Assembly (NCBI GenBank): GCA_963750745.1
Contig: CAVVSO010000012.1
Coordinates: 481 to 64,480 of the forward strand
Direction: 5' to 3'
Source: an uncultured Alphaproteobacteria bacterium
Lineage (GTDB): Bacteria > Pseudomonadota > Alphaproteobacteria > Rhodobacterales > Rhodobacteraceae
Length of the DNA stretch: 64,000 bases
The position numbers were made by a program, and so were the translations under genes. Every line of letters begins with the position of its first letter. Position 1 is the first letter of the stretch. This document shows, one piece after another, positions 31,441-44,082 of this stretch. Under the pieces are notes generated by a model that was not told the DNA's origin, did not search any database, and saw only the letters and a program-made list of their open reading frames with translations.

Positions 31441-32991
31441 ATGCCTGACCTGGAACAGGCCAGGCGGGCGACGGCCCCGTTCCTCGAGGCGTCCGGCGTC
31501 ACCAAGTCGTTCGGCGGGGCGCAGGCGCTGAAGGGCGTCGGGCTGACGGTGCGGACTGGCGAGATCCATGGCCTGGTCGGTGCGAACGGCGCCGGGAAAT
31601 CGACCTTCATCAAGGTGCTCGCCGGCCTGGTTCACCCGGATGGCGGGACGCTGCGGGTCGATGGCAGCGAGACCGGTCCGCTGACGCCGCAGGCGGCGAA
31701 TGCGCTGGGCCTCAGCTTCATCCACCAGGAGCTGGCCTTCGTCCCGGGGATGACCGTGCTCGAGAACATCATGCTCGGGGTGCCGAAGGCCAGCCGCTTC
31801 GGGCTGGTGGACTGGGGCACGGTCGAGGCGCAGGTGCGGCCGATCGCCGAGCGCGTCGGCATCCGGGCGCGGCTGAGCGCGCCGGTGCGCGGGCTCGCGA
31901 CGTCGGAGAACTGGCTGATCTCGATCTGCCGGGCATTGGTGCGCCAGGCCCGGCTGATCGTCATGGACGAGCCGACCGCCTCGCTTTCGGCGACGGAGGC
32001 GGATCGGCTGTTTGCCATCATCCGCGACCTTGCCGATTCGGGGGTGGCGACGCTCTACGTCTCGCATCGGCTGGACGAGATCACCGGGATCTGCGACCGC
32101 GCGACGGTGCTCCGGGACGGGCGGCTGGTCGCTGAGATCGACCGGCCGGCGCTTATCCGGGCCAACCTGGTTCGGGCGATCGTCGGGGCGGATCTGGCGC
32201 GGCAGCCGCATCTCGCGCATCGCGAGGAGGTCTCCGGGCCAGTGGTGCTCCGGCTCGACGGCCTCGCCCGGCGACCGATGGTCCAGAGCGTCTCGCTCGA
32301 GCTGCATGCCGGCGAGGTGCTGGGGCTCGGCGGGCTGGTCGGGGCCGGGCGTAGCGACCTCGCGCGGCTGATCTTCGGTGTGGATCGGCCGGACGCCGGC
32401 AGCATGGCGCTCGAGGGCCGGCCCTATGCGCCGCGGACGCCCGCGGCGGCGCTGCGGGCCGGGGTCGGCCTGGTGCCGGAGGAGCGGCGGGCCGACGGGC
32501 TGCTGCTGACCAAGAGCGTCGCCTTCAACCTCGCGCTGGCGAATCTCGGCAAGGTGGTCTTCTCGCCGGCGCTGCCGCTGGTCTCGGGCCGGAAGCTGCG
32601 CAGCCTCGCCGAGGACACCATCCGCGCGCTGGCCGTCAAGGCGGAGGGGCCGGGGCAGCCGGTCGGACGGCTGTCGGGCGGCAATCAGCAGAAGGTGGTG
32701 ATCGGCCGCTGGCTGGCGCGGCGGCCGAAGGTGCTGATCCTCGACGAGCCGACCCGCGGCGTCGATGTCGGTGCGCGCGCCGAGATCCACCGGCTGATCC
32801 GGCAGCTTGCCGCGGAGGGAATGGCGGTGCTCGCGATCTCGTCGGAGCCGGACGAGTTGCCGGACCTTTGCGACCGGGTGCTGGTGATGGCCGAGGGGCG
32901 GATCGTTCAGGAGCTGAGGGGGGCGGCGGTGACGCGGAGCAACGTCGTTGCCGCGAGCTATGCGGGAGAAAGGGAGGAGGCGCTGGCATGA
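31441..32991 (+). CDS. Sugar ABC ATPase (RbsA-like)
   Basis: GANGAGKS, MDEPTASLS, LSGGNQQKV, DEPTRGVDVG. Confidence 0.92.
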   Translation: MPDLEQARRATAPFLEASGVTKSFGGAQALKGVGLTVRTGEIHGLVGANGAGKSTFIKVLAGLVHPDGGTLRVDGSETGPLTPQAANALGLSFIHQELAFVPGMTVLENIMLGVPKASRFGLVDWGTVEAQVRPIAERVGIRARLSAPVRGLATSENWLISICRALVRQARLIVMDEPTASLSATEADRLFAIIRDLADSGVATLYVSHRLDEITGICDRATVLRDGRLVAEIDRPALIRANLVRAIVGADLARQPHLAHREEVSGPVVLRLDGLARRPMVQSVSLELHAGEVLGLGGLVGAGRSDLARLIFGVDRPDAGSMALEGRPYAPRTPAAALRAGVGLVPEERRADGLLLTKSVAFNLALANLGKVVFSPALPLVSGRKLRSLAEDTIRALAVKAEGPGQPVGRLSGGNQQKVVIGRWLARRPKVLILDEPTRGVDVGARAEIHRLIRQLAAEGMAVLAISSEPDELPDLCDRVLVMAEGRIVQELRGAAVTRSNVVAASYAGEREEALA

Positions 32992-33980
32992 GCCTCGCGG
33001 AGACCACGCGGGGGCTTTCCCCGCGGACCCGGACGATGCTCGGGCATTTCTCGCGCTTTGCGACGATCATCGGGCTGGTCGCGATGATCCTGGCGTTTTC
33101 GCTGTTGTCGCCGCGGGCGTTTCCCACCGTGAACAACTTCACCAACGTGCTCAATCAGGCGTCGCTGGCGATGATCCTTGCCGGCGGGCTGACGCTCGCG
33201 GTCATCGTCGGCGAGCTCGACCTTTCGGTCGGCTTCGCGGCCAGCCTGCACGGCATCCTGGTCACCGGCTTCATCGTCCACGACAAGCTGCCGATCCCGC
33301 TGGCGGTTTTGCTGGTGCTTGGCGCAGGGGCGCTGATCGGGCTGGTCAACGGCCTGATCGTGACCAAGCTCAGGGTGAATTCGGTGATCGCCACGCTCGG
33401 CACCGGGACGATCATCACCGGCCTCGCCTTCGCCTACTCGGCGGGCGTGCCGATCGTCGCCGGCGTACCGGAGGCGTTCCTCCAGCTCTCGCTCGGGCGC
33501 TGGCTCTGGGGGATACCGAACAACATCGTGATCATGGCCGTGGTGATGGCGGCGCTCTGGATACTCGTCGAGCGCACCGCGCTCGGGCAGGAAATCCAGG
33601 CGGTCGGCGGCAACGCCAACGCGGCGCGGCTGTCGGGGATCAACGTCGATCGCGTCAAGATCATCGGCTTCGTCATCTCCGGCAGCTGCGCCGCGCTGAC
33701 CGGCATCCTGCTCGCCTCGCGCCTCGGCTCCGGCACGGCCTCGGCCGCGGACAGCTACCTCTTGACCGCCTTCGCCGCGGTCTTCCTCGGCTCGGCCACC
33801 CTCAGGGACGGCGAGTTCCATGTGCTCGGCACCTTCGTCGGCGCGCTGATCATCGCATTCGGCTTCAACGGGCTGAACATCTTCGGGGCGCCGACCTACT
33901 CGCAGTACATATTCCAGGGTGCCATTCTGATCGTCGCCGTGGGGCTGTCGTCGCTCGGGCGGATGCTGGCGGAAAGCTGA
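32988..33980 (+). CDS. Sugar ABC permease (RbsC-like)
   Basis: [33 protein letters not shown]. Confidence 0.92.
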   Translation: MSLAETTRGLSPRTRTMLGHFSRFATIIGLVAMILAFSLLSPRAFPTVNNFTNVLNQASLAMILAGGLTLAVIVGELDLSVGFAASLHGILVTGFIVHDKLPIPLAVLLVLGAGALIGLVNGLIVTKLRVNSVIATLGTGTIITGLAFAYSAGVPIVAGVPEAFLQLSLGRWLWGIPNNIVIMAVVMAALWILVERTALGQEIQAVGGNANAARLSGINVDRVKIIGFVISGSCAALTGILLASRLGSGTASAADSYLLTAFAAVFLGSATLRDGEFHVLGTFVGALIIAFGFNGLNIFGAPTYSQYIFQGAILIVAVGLSSLGRMLAES

Positions 33981-33991
33981 GGGAGATCGGC

Positions 33992-34819
33992 ATGCAGACC
34001 TGGAGCCTTCACGTCCTGGAATACGCCCGGTCGCACCAGCAACCCTGGGTGGACCTGATCTCGGGCATGGCCTCGGCCGGAGCTGTCGATCTGCCGTTCT
34101 CCTTCTGCCTGGCGCGAGCAGGCGAGCGTAACGTGCTGATCGACTGCGGATTCATGCAGACCTCGGGCAGCAGCTTCTCGCGGAAGTTCGGGGTGCCGAA
34201 CTGGGTTTCGCCGGTGCGCCTGCTGGGCGAGATTGGCGTGGAGGCAAAAGAGGTTACCGACATCGTCCTCACCCACTGCCACTTCGACCATATGGGATCG
34301 GTCGCCGAGTTCCCGAACGCGATGATCCATATCCAGAAGTCGGAGTTGCTGTCCTGGTACGAGGCCTTCGCCCTGCCCAAGCGCTTTCGGCATCTGACCA
34401 CGATCATCGACCCCGACAACATCCGCGCGGCGCTCGAGGCCTCGTTCGAGTTCCGGATCAACATGGTCGATGGCGACAAGGACAACGTGCTGCCCGGCAT
34501 CCACGTCCGCATCGCCTCGGGACATACGATCGGCCAGCAATTCGTGATCGTCGAGACCGGCGCGGGGCGTCGGGTGATCTCCGGCGACTGCCTCTACAAC
34601 AAGGTCCAGCTGACGGGCCGCGGCGAGGACGGGGTCTTTGTGCCGCTGAACAACGCCGTCGGCAGCGTCTGGGAGCAGTTGAAGTCGCTCGACAAGCTCA
34701 ACGATGCGATCGGCGGCGACTTGGCGCAGCTCGTCATTCTCCACGACCCCGAGCGGTGGCAAGGCCTTCCGGTCGAGCGGACGGTGGGAGAGTTTCGGAT
34801 CGTCAGGGTGGCGGACTAG
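33992..34819 (+). CDS. Metallo-beta-lactamase-fold lactonase (AiiA/AHL-lactonase-like family)
   Basis: [46 protein letters not shown]. Confidence 0.85.
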   Translation: MQTWSLHVLEYARSHQQPWVDLISGMASAGAVDLPFSFCLARAGERNVLIDCGFMQTSGSSFSRKFGVPNWVSPVRLLGEIGVEAKEVTDIVLTHCHFDHMGSVAEFPNAMIHIQKSELLSWYEAFALPKRFRHLTTIIDPDNIRAALEASFEFRINMVDGDKDNVLPGIHVRIASGHTIGQQFVIVETGAGRRVISGDCLYNKVQLTGRGEDGVFVPLNNAVGSVWEQLKSLDKLNDAIGGDLAQLVILHDPERWQGLPVERTVGEFRIVRVAD

Positions 34820-34851
34820 GGCCGGCATCGGCGACGCGCCCGGAGCCAGCG

Positions 34852-35960
<1,109 letters not shown>

Positions 35961-35964
35961 CACG

Positions 35965-38587
35965 CTACCGTCGGTTTCCGGCGCGAACTGCAAGGTCAGC
36001 CGCTCGCCGGGAGCGATCGCGCGGCGCTGCGAGCCGGTGCGCGCCGAGGCCGGCGACGGCGATCTCGGTGACGTCGAGGCTGCCGCCGAGCACGCTCGAG
36101 GCGTCAGCTGTCGCCGGCTGCGCGCGAGCAGCTGCCGAAGCCGTTGCCGGCCGACCAGAACAGCGCGAAGTCGCCCTCGGCCTTTGGCGCGAAGCCGATG
36201 CGGCCCGGCGACGAGGTCGGCGCTGAGGCCGGACCAGGCGTTGACCAGCTGCCAGGCCGACATCGAGCGGGCGTAGTAGGAGCCGCATTCGATGTCGTTC
36301 CAGGGGTTGCGGCGCGCGCCGTCGTGGCGGTCGCGGGCGGCGCGGACGATGTCGAGGCCCTCGTCGACCAGGCCGCGCATGATCATGTGCGAGGCCGACA
36401 TGTATTCGATGCCGGTCCACACCTCCTCGGCGTAGGGCGCGGCGACCATCGGCTGGCGGACGCCCTCGGGATAGGTCGCGACCAGCAGGCCGCCTTCGTC
36501 CTCGATAGGCGTAGTTGCGGCACGGGTTGAAGTGGTCCTCGAGGCTGGGCGGAAGTTGTTGGCGTGCACGGCCTTGAGCGCGGCCGTGACCTTGCCGTCG
36601 TCGAGGAAGCCGCCGAGGCCGGCGACCTCGGCGTGCCACTGGCCGAGGATCTGGTCGGTGATGCAGCCTTCGCCCATCTGGTACTTGAGCTCGCCGATAC
36701 TCGTCGGACCAGTAGGTCTCCATGAAGCCGTCGGCGAGCACGCCGGCCTTGCGGCCGGTGTCGAAGGGCGCCAGCACGCTCTTGTCGGCGAGGTCGATCT
36801 TCTGGACGAACCAGCGGCCGTTGAAGAGCTTGTCGTCGATGTAGGCGGCGCCGTCTGCGGCCAAGCTCGCGCGCATCTTGTCGGCGAAGTCGCGTCTCGC
36901 CCAGCGCCGCGGCCATCTCGGAGGCGGCGAGCAGCGCGGCGACATACATCGAGCCGAGCCAGGAGTTCGGCTCGAACAGCTCCATGTCGAGGGTCTGGTG
37001 CTGGCGGCCGGAGAGGATGCCGGTCTGCGTCCGGGTCCCAGCGGTCGGGGTTGTCCGGGCTCCAGGCGTATTCGATGGCGCGCCTGACGTTCGGCCAGAG
37101 CGGCTGCAGCCAGTCGGTGTCGCCGGACAGCTTCCAGTCGCGATAGGTCTTGATGATCGCGCCGAAATGGCCGTCGGCGCAGGGGCCGATGACGTCGAAG
37201 CCGGAGCCGAGCGGCAGCTTCTGGCGGAAGGTGAGGCCGCCGGTCGGGCAGCTGGTTGTAGGTGAACTCGGTCTCGCGCAGCGTGCGCTCGAGCGCCGGG
37301 AACAGGTGCGGCAGCGCCTGCTGGTAGTTCCAGACATGGGTGCAGGTGCCCTCGCAGGAGCCGTCCTGCGTGTGCTGGCCTTCCCAGGCCCAGATCTCGC
37401 CGCCCTCGAGCCGGATCACCGTGGCGGTGCGCAGCAGCGCCAGCGTCGCGCTGGCGGCGTCCTTGATCTCGGCCGGCAGCGTCGAGCCGAACAGGCCGTC
37501 GCGGAAGGCGAGGGTCGTCGCCTGCGAGCTTGTCCCAGCGCGTCGAGCGCCTCGCGTGGCGCTGGCCAGCGAGTCGGCCCACTGGTTGGCGTAGTAGTTG
37601 CGCCAGGTCGGCGTCGGCTTGTCGGGGATCGGCGCGTCCGGGCTGCTGCGGAAGGCCCAGTAGATGTCGCCCGTCGGGAAGCTCCAGGAGATGACGAAGC
37701 GCAGCTTCTGCGCTCGCCGGCCGGGACCGTGACGCGCGCGGCGAGCGTGCCGTGCTCGGGCTGCAGGCTCATATGCCGCGACGGCGCGCGGCTTGTCGTA
37801 GTGCCGCTCCGGCAGCGGGCCGGGGCGGGCGAACTCCTTCCAGAACACCGCGAGGTTGTCGAACCACTGGCCGCGGTAGTGGTGGTCGGTGTGGTCGACG
37901 TCCGCGGCGTCGGTGGCGATGGTCAGGTCGCCGCGGTCGGTCGGCTGCAGATCCTGGTCCGACGAGGTCAGGTGCAGCGCTGCTGACGCCGTCCTTGCGC
38001 TCGAAGCGTGTGGTCGCCGCTGTTGGCGCCGTAGTTCCCGAGCGTGCCGGCCAGCGTGTAGGTCAGCTCGTCGGCGGTGTCGTTGACGATCTCGAACTCG
38101 AACATCGCGACCGGCATGCGCGCTGTCGCGGTCGTTGTGCGGGATGAACGGCGACAAGGCGGTCATGCGCACGCCGCCCGGGAAGCGCTCGTCGCTTGAA
38201 GACCAGATCGGCGGTCGGGAAGCGGCCGTAGAAATCGACCTCGCGGAAATGCGGCACGCCGACCAGCGTCTGCCGGTTGGCGCCGTGGCCGAAGCCGTCG
38301 AACATCTTGCGCAGGCCCGGCGCGCCCGAGGGGTTGAGGTCGTAGGGGCCGTTGAGCACGCGCGCGTCGACCAGCTCGCCGTCCTTCTCGGCCTTGATGG
38401 CGAAATGCGAGTAGCCGTTGTAGCCCTGCAGCGCCGGCCGGTTGCGGATCGACCAGTCGATCAGCCGGCCGCTGCCGGAGATCGAGAAGCCGCCGGCGCC
38501 GATGCCGCCGAGCGGAAAGGCGATGTAGCGGGTGCGCTCGCCGTTGTAGGCAAAGCGCGGGTCGACGGCGGCGAGGTCGTCCCACAT
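35965..38587 (-). CDS. GH116-family glycoside hydrolase (non-lysosomal glucosylceramidase-like; frameshifted)
   Basis: [15 protein letters not shown]...[55 protein letters not shown]. Confidence 0.88.
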
Positions 38588-38612
38588 GGATCGCTGATGG
38601 TCCGTTCAGGTC

Positions 38613-39473
38613 TCAGTTCTTGATGCCGCTCATCGTGATGCCCTCGATCACGAACTTCTGGGCGATGAGGAAGAGCAGCACGACCGGCAGGATCGACATG
38701 CTCATGGCGGCCATGACCACCGAGAGGTTGCCGGAGCCGAGGTAGCCGCGCAGCACGTCCATGGCGATCGGCAGCGTCATCGACGGTTCCTTGCCGAGCA
38801 GCACGCTTGCGCCTGGAAGTAGTAGTTCCAGGTCTGGGTGAAGGTGATGATGCCGAGCGCGGAAAGCGCCGGGCGGAGCTGCGGCAGCGAGATGCGCCAG
38901 AAGATCTTGAAGTAGCCGGCGCCGTCCATCAGCGCCGCCTCCTCCAGCGCCTTGGGCTGGCTCAGCATGAACTGGCGCATCAGGAAGACGCCGAAGCTCG
39001 AGGTCAGATACATCAGCGCGAGGCCGATCGGCCGGTTGATCAGGCCGACCTGCGCGTAGCCGAGATAGATCGGCAGGATCGTCACCTGCGCCGGGAACAT
39101 CAGCCCGACCAGCAGGATGAAGAACAGCGCGTCGCGGCCGCGGAAGTTGAGGCGGGCGAAGGCGAAGGCGGCGAGCGTGCAGGTGACGAGCTGGCCGACG
39201 GTCACCACGACGGCGATCAGCAGCGAGTTCGCAGTAGATCTGCAGGAACGGCACGCGCGAGGCGAGCACCGCCGCGTAGTTCGTGAAGTCGAGGCTCGGC
39301 GGCAGGAAGCTCGGCGGCAGCTTGTAGGCATCGGCCGACCGGCCGGAACGACATCGAGAACAGCCACAGGAACGGCAGCAGCATGCGCGATGGCGAGCAG
39401 CGACCATCACCGCGATGATCGCGCGGTCGATCCAGCGCTTGGCGGCGCGGGTCTGCATGCGAGCGGCGCTCAT
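38613..39473 (-). CDS. Carbohydrate ABC permease (MalG-like; frameshifted)
   Basis: FAFARLNFRGRD, FLMRQFM, EEAALMDGA, QKFVIEGITMSGIKN*. Confidence 0.9.
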   Translation of the reverse strand: MSAARMQTRAAKRWIDRAIIAVMVAARHRACCCRSCGCSRCRSGRSADAYKLPPSFLPPSLDFTNYAAVLASRVPFLQIYCELAADRRRGDRRPARHLHARRLRLRPPQLPRPRRAVLHPAGRADVPGAGDDPADLSRLRAGRPDQPADRPRADVSDLELRRLPDAPVHAEPAQGAGGGGADGRRRLLQDLLAHLAAAAPPGAFRARHHHLHPDLELLLPGASVLLGKEPSMTLPIAMDVLRGYLGSGNLSVVMAAMSMSILPVVLLFLIAQKFVIEGITMSGIKN

Positions 39474-40386
39474 TGCTGCACCCAGCGGCGCGACAGCAAT
39501 TGCTGGATCGGCGGTGATGACGAGGATGATCACGGTCATCACGACCGAGATCGCGGCGGCATAGCCGATCTGGAAGCTGCCGAAGCCTTCCTCGACGATC
39601 AGGATCGACAGCGAGCGCGTGGCGTCGCCCGGGCCGCCCTGCGTCAGGATGACGATCGACTCGAAGACCTGCAGCGCGCCGATCGAGGCGTAGACGATGG
39701 CGAAGAAGACGACCGGCGAGATGTAGGGCAGGGTGATGCGGAAGAAGCTGCCGCCAGGCCGGCGTGCCGTCCATCACCGCGGCCTCGATGATGTTCTTCG
39801 GCACGCCCTGCAGCGCGGCGATGAAGATCACCATGAAGAAGCCGGTGTTCTTCCAGACGTCCATGATGATGATCGACGTCATCGCGTTGTCGGCGTCGGT
39901 CAGCCAGCGCACCGCCGGGCAGGCCGAGCAGCCGCAGGAAGTAGTTGATGACGCCGAGGTCGTCGGCGAAGAAGTAGCTCCAGACGATCGAGACGAAGGC
40001 GGCGGCGATGATCACCGGCAGGAAGAAGGCGAGCCGGAAGAAGTAGAGCAGCCAGCCCGGCATCGCGCGGTTGAGCGCCAGCGCCAGCAGCAGGCCGACC
40101 GCGACGTTGAAGGTGACCGCGAAGAAGCGCGAAGCGCAGCGTGTTCCAGAAGATCTGCAGCGAGCGGCGGTCGGTGAAGAAGCGCGTGAAATTGTCGAAG
40201 CCGACCCAGCGCGAGCCGAGCATCGGGTCGTAGTAGGCGAAGCTCAGGATCGAAGGTGAGGACGACCGGCGCCAGCACGAAGGTGAGGTAGAGCAGCGAC
40301 GGTCGGCAGGACGAAGAGATAGCCGGCGCGCGCCTGGGCGCGGGCGCAGGTCGGAGGCTTGCCGGCTTCGCGATCGTCGTCGTCAC
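39470..40386 (-). CDS. Carbohydrate ABC permease (MalF-like; frameshifted)
   Basis: WVGFDNF, FFLPVII, DVWKNTGF, IEAAVMDG. Confidence 0.9.
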
Positions 40387-40418
40387 GGAATCCTCTGCCG
40401 GTTCGACGGAGTCGCGCG

Positions 40419-40455
40419 ACGCCCGTCCCGCCGGCGTGCGCGACGGGACGGGCGT
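40419..40455 (-). terminator. Intercistronic stem-loop after the SBP gene
   Basis: ACGCCCGTCCCG (40419-40430) and CGGGACGGGCGT (40444-40455) form a perfect 12-bp stem. Confidence 0.6.
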
Positions 40456-40470
40456 GCGCCGGGAGGAACT

Positions 40471-41762
40471 TCAGCCGCCCATCTGCTTCTTCAGCCGCGC
40501 GAAGGAGGCGTTGAGCTCGGCGTCGGCCTGCTTGCACGCCGTCGGCGATCGACACCTCGTCCGCCATCATCGCGGTGTAGTAGCGGATGAAGATCTTCTC
40601 GACCTCCTGGAAGTTGGCGGGCGAGGGCACCGGCTTGGTGTGCGGCAGCGTCTGGTAGTAGAGGGCGGCGCTCGGCGGGAAGGCGAGGAACGCCTCGGTC
40701 TCGGCCGCCGACTTGCGGCCCGGCACGCCGCCGCCGCCCTCGCCTTCCTCCTTCTGCGTCTCGTCGCTGGTCAGCTCGAGCGACCAGCGCCTTGGCGAGT
40801 TCGGGATGCTGCGGTCGGTCTTGGAGACGGCATAGCCGCCGAAGCCGATGACCGTGGTGTCGCTCTCCTTGGCCGGCGGGATGGCGATGTCCATGTTGAG
40901 CCTTGCTGCGTCTTGGCGCTCTGCACGATCCAGTGGCCGCGGCTGATCATCGCCACCTGGCCGGCCATGAACTGGTTGTCCATCGTGTCCTTGCCGGGGA
41001 TCGGCGAGACGCCGTCGACGTGGATCAGGTCGTGGAGGAACTGCAGGCTCTCGGCGACCTTGGGATCGAGCATGTTCGACGCGGTCCAGTCGGCGTTGAG
41101 CACGCCGGTGCCGTTGGTGAAGAACCAGGGCTGGACGAAGAAGTTCTGGTTCGGCACCTCGTAGCCGAACTGGGTGACGTTGCCGGAGCCGTCCTTGACG
41201 GTGAGCGCCTTGGCGACCTCGCGGAACTCGTCCCAGGTCCAGCCCTGCTTGGGATAGGCGACCCCGGCCTTGTCGAACAGGTCGCGGTTGTAGTTGATCA
41301 TGATGTTGTTCCAGCTGATGGGGATGTAATAGATCTTCCCCTTGTAGCGAGCCTGCTCGAACAGGCTGGGCGCGAAGTCCGAGAAGCCGGTGTTGCGCCG
41401 CGACGTAGTCGTTGAGCGGCAGGAAGAGGCCGCGCGACGAGAAGGCCTGGAAGGTCTCGATCGCGGTGCCGTAGACGTCGGCGGCGCTGCCCGAGTTGAA
41501 CTGGCCGAGCACCTTGGTGACATAGTCGCCCCAGCCGGTCGGTGATCGGGTCGATGGAGACCTCGACCTTGACGTTCGGATATTTCTTGTTGAAGCGGGC
41601 GATCGCGTTGGTGATCGACTGCAGCTCGGCCTCGCCGCCGAAGGCCTGCAGCTTCAGCGTGCGCGGTCTCGTCGGACTGCGCGAAGGCGCGTCCGCAAGC
41701 CGAGCGCCGACGGCGAGCGCCGCCGAGGTGCCGAGCAGGGTGCGCCGCGTGAGCGTTTGCAT
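40471..41762 (-). CDS. Carbohydrate ABC substrate-binding protein with Tat signal (frameshifted)
   Basis: MQTLTRRTLLGTSAALA, FNKKYPNVKVEV, YNRDLFDKAGV..P..WTWDEF, FMAGQVAM. Confidence 0.88.
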
Positions 41763-42113
41763 GGTGGTTTCCTCCCCTTTGCGCGTGTTGCCCGGATTGC
41801 GCGCCGGATCCGGGCGCGTCGATTGACGACGGCGCAAGATCGGGAGCGGCCCGAGGCCATTCTGTTTCTGTCTGGTACACCGCTCGCTCGCCGCTTGGCA
41901 ACGCCGAGGGCGGCCGGGTGGCCGCGGCCCTGCCTTCGGCACCGTCGGCCCGCGCCGGGTCCCCGGGTTGATTTTCCTGCGGGCAGGCGGTCCATATGGT
42001 CGCCGGGAGGGCCGAGGGATGCCAGCCGCACCGCTGCCGGGGATGATCGACGCGACGCAGGCGCCGGAGGCCAAGCGCCTGCCCGACGCGGTACGCGCCG
42101 GGATCGGCTGGGC

Positions 42114-42485
42114 GTGAACGGTATCGGCAAGCTGCTGCGCGCCGAGGCGGCGGTGGTTGCGGTGGTGGCGGCCGTGCTTCTGTGGCGGCTGGGGCCGCCG
42201 TGGTGGCTCCTCCTGCTCGCGCTGGCCGCGCCGGATCTGGCGCTCGCGGGCCGTGTGCTCGGGACGCGCAAGGGCGCGCTGATCTACAACGCCGCGCATA
42301 CCTATCTCGGGCCGGCGCTGGTCGCCGCGGTCTGGCTCGCCACGCACAGCGATGCCGCCGCCGCGATCGCGCTGGCCTGGGTGTTGCATATCGCGGTGGA
42401 TCGGGCGCTCGGGTTCGGGCTGAAGGATCCGGACCGGGCCGGCATGACGCATCTCGGCCCGGCCGGGCGGAAGCGGCATGGCTGA
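42114..42485 (+). CDS. DUF4260-family membrane protein
   Basis: LLRAE, LAAPDLAL, GALIYNAAHTY, HIAVDRALGFGLK, THLG. Confidence 0.85.
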   Translation: MNGIGKLLRAEAAVVAVVAAVLLWRLGPPWWLLLLALAAPDLALAGRVLGTRKGALIYNAAHTYLGPALVAAVWLATHSDAAAAIALAWVLHIAVDRALGFGLKDPDRAGMTHLGPAGRKRHG

Positions 42486-42530
42486 CGTGGAGGTGGAGAT
42501 GCTGAAGCCGCGGAAAAGGTTTGGAAAAAT

Positions 42531-42573
42531 GCGTCAGGAAAGCGTCTTCTTTTGTATCTTCTTTGCATCTAGA
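42531..42573. repeat. ~11-bp-phased GC(G/A)TC repeats ending in CATCTAGA, between convergent genes
   Basis: GCGTC at 42531 and 42542, GTATC at 42554, GCATCTAGA at 42565. Confidence 0.5.
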
Positions 42574-42611
42574 CGGGTGTTGACGGCGGGTTAACGCCGC
42601 CCCCGCCGCGC

Positions 42612-43913
42612 TCAGTCGTTGGGAAGCTCGAGCCGGTGGCTGAGGAGCAGGGCGATCACCGTGCAGATGGCGCCGGAGAGCAGGTAGGCGCCGGAGGAGG
42701 CGAGCCCGAAGCGGGTGGCGAGAACGAGCGCCACCAAGGGCGCGAAACCGGCGCCGAAGAGCCAGGCGAGATCGGAGGTCAGCGCCGAGCCGGTGTAGCG
42801 GTAGCGAGCGGTGAACCGCGAGGCGACGGCCCCGGAGGACTGGCCGAAGGAGAAGCCGAGCAGCGCGGATCCGATCACCATGAAGAAGAACTCGCCGACC
42901 TGCCCGCCGTTGAGCAGGAGCGGCGCGACCAGCGCGAAGATCGCGATGCCGACCGCGCAGACGAGCAGGAGGCGCCGCCGGCCGATCCGGTCGGCCAAGG
43001 CGCCCGAGCCGATGATCGCCGCGAGGCCGATCAGGCTGGTACCGATCTCGATGGCGAGAAAGCCCGGCACCGAGTTCGGTGGTCTCGAGATAGACCCAGG
43101 ACAGCGGGAACACCGTCACCATGTGAAAGAGCGCGTAGGTGGCGAGCGGGATGAAGGCGCCGATCAGGATGTTGGCGCCCTCGGCGGAGACGGTCTCGCG
43201 CACGCCGGCCGGCCTGAGGTCGAGGCTCTGGAACTGCCGCTCGTATTCCGGCGCCACCACGATGCGCAGCCGGGCGAAGAGTGCGACCACGTTGATCGCG
43301 AAGGCGACGAAGAACGGATAGCGCCAGCCCCATTCGAGGAAGTCGGCCTCGCTCATCCCGGTGATCAGGTAGACGAAGAGCGCGCTTGCGACCAAAAGCC
43401 CCACCGGCGCGCCGATCTGCGGGATCATCGCGTACCAGCCGCGCTCGTTCTCCGGCGCGTTCATCGCGAGCAGCGAGGCCAGCCCGTCCCAGGTGCCGCC
43501 GAGCGCGATCCCCTGGGCGATCCGCATCACCGCGAGGATCGCGATCGCGTAGCCGCCGGCCAGCGAATAGTCGGGCATGAAGGCGATGCCGGCGGTGGCG
43601 CAGCCGAGCAGGAACAGCGCCGCGGTCAGCTTGACGCCGCGGCCATAGCGGCGGTCGATCACCATGAAGATCACGGTGCCGAACGGCCGGCGATGAAGGC
43701 CAGCGCGAAGATCGCGAAGGACCAGAGCACGCCCGCGAGCGGATCGGCGAAGGGGAACATCACCCGCGGGAACACCAGCACCGACGCCAGCGCGAAGACG
43801 AAGAAGTCGAAGAACTCCGAGCTCCGCCCGATCACCACGCCGACGGCGATGTCGGTCAGGCTGGTGTGGCTGCCGGCCTCGCCGTCGCGCGCGCTGCCGC
43901 TCTCGTATGACAT
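42612..43913 (-). CDS. MFS transporter (metabolite:H+ symporter family), divergent from cyo (frameshifted)
   Basis: GRSSEFFDFFVF, IDRRYGR, RIAQGIALGGTWDG, WGWRYPF, ADRIGRR, RYTGSAL. Confidence 0.88.
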
Positions 43914-44082
43914 CCGCGAGCGCCTCCCCGCAACGATCGGGCCGAGATTGCCGGCCCCCACATCCGACTCTCCTTATACCTTCGGCTTTTGGCTATGCTA
44001 ACGGGAATCGAGCACCCGAGGCGGATCCGGCCCCGCACCGGTTCCGGCCCCGGGCCCGGTGGGCTTGAATGGGGGGACGATC

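Noticed and set aside
40771-43674. 967-aa ORF joining MFS and sugar-binding-protein sequence
   Set aside because: It is a chance open frame through GC-rich intergenic and antisense DNA linking frameshifted fragments of two separate genes
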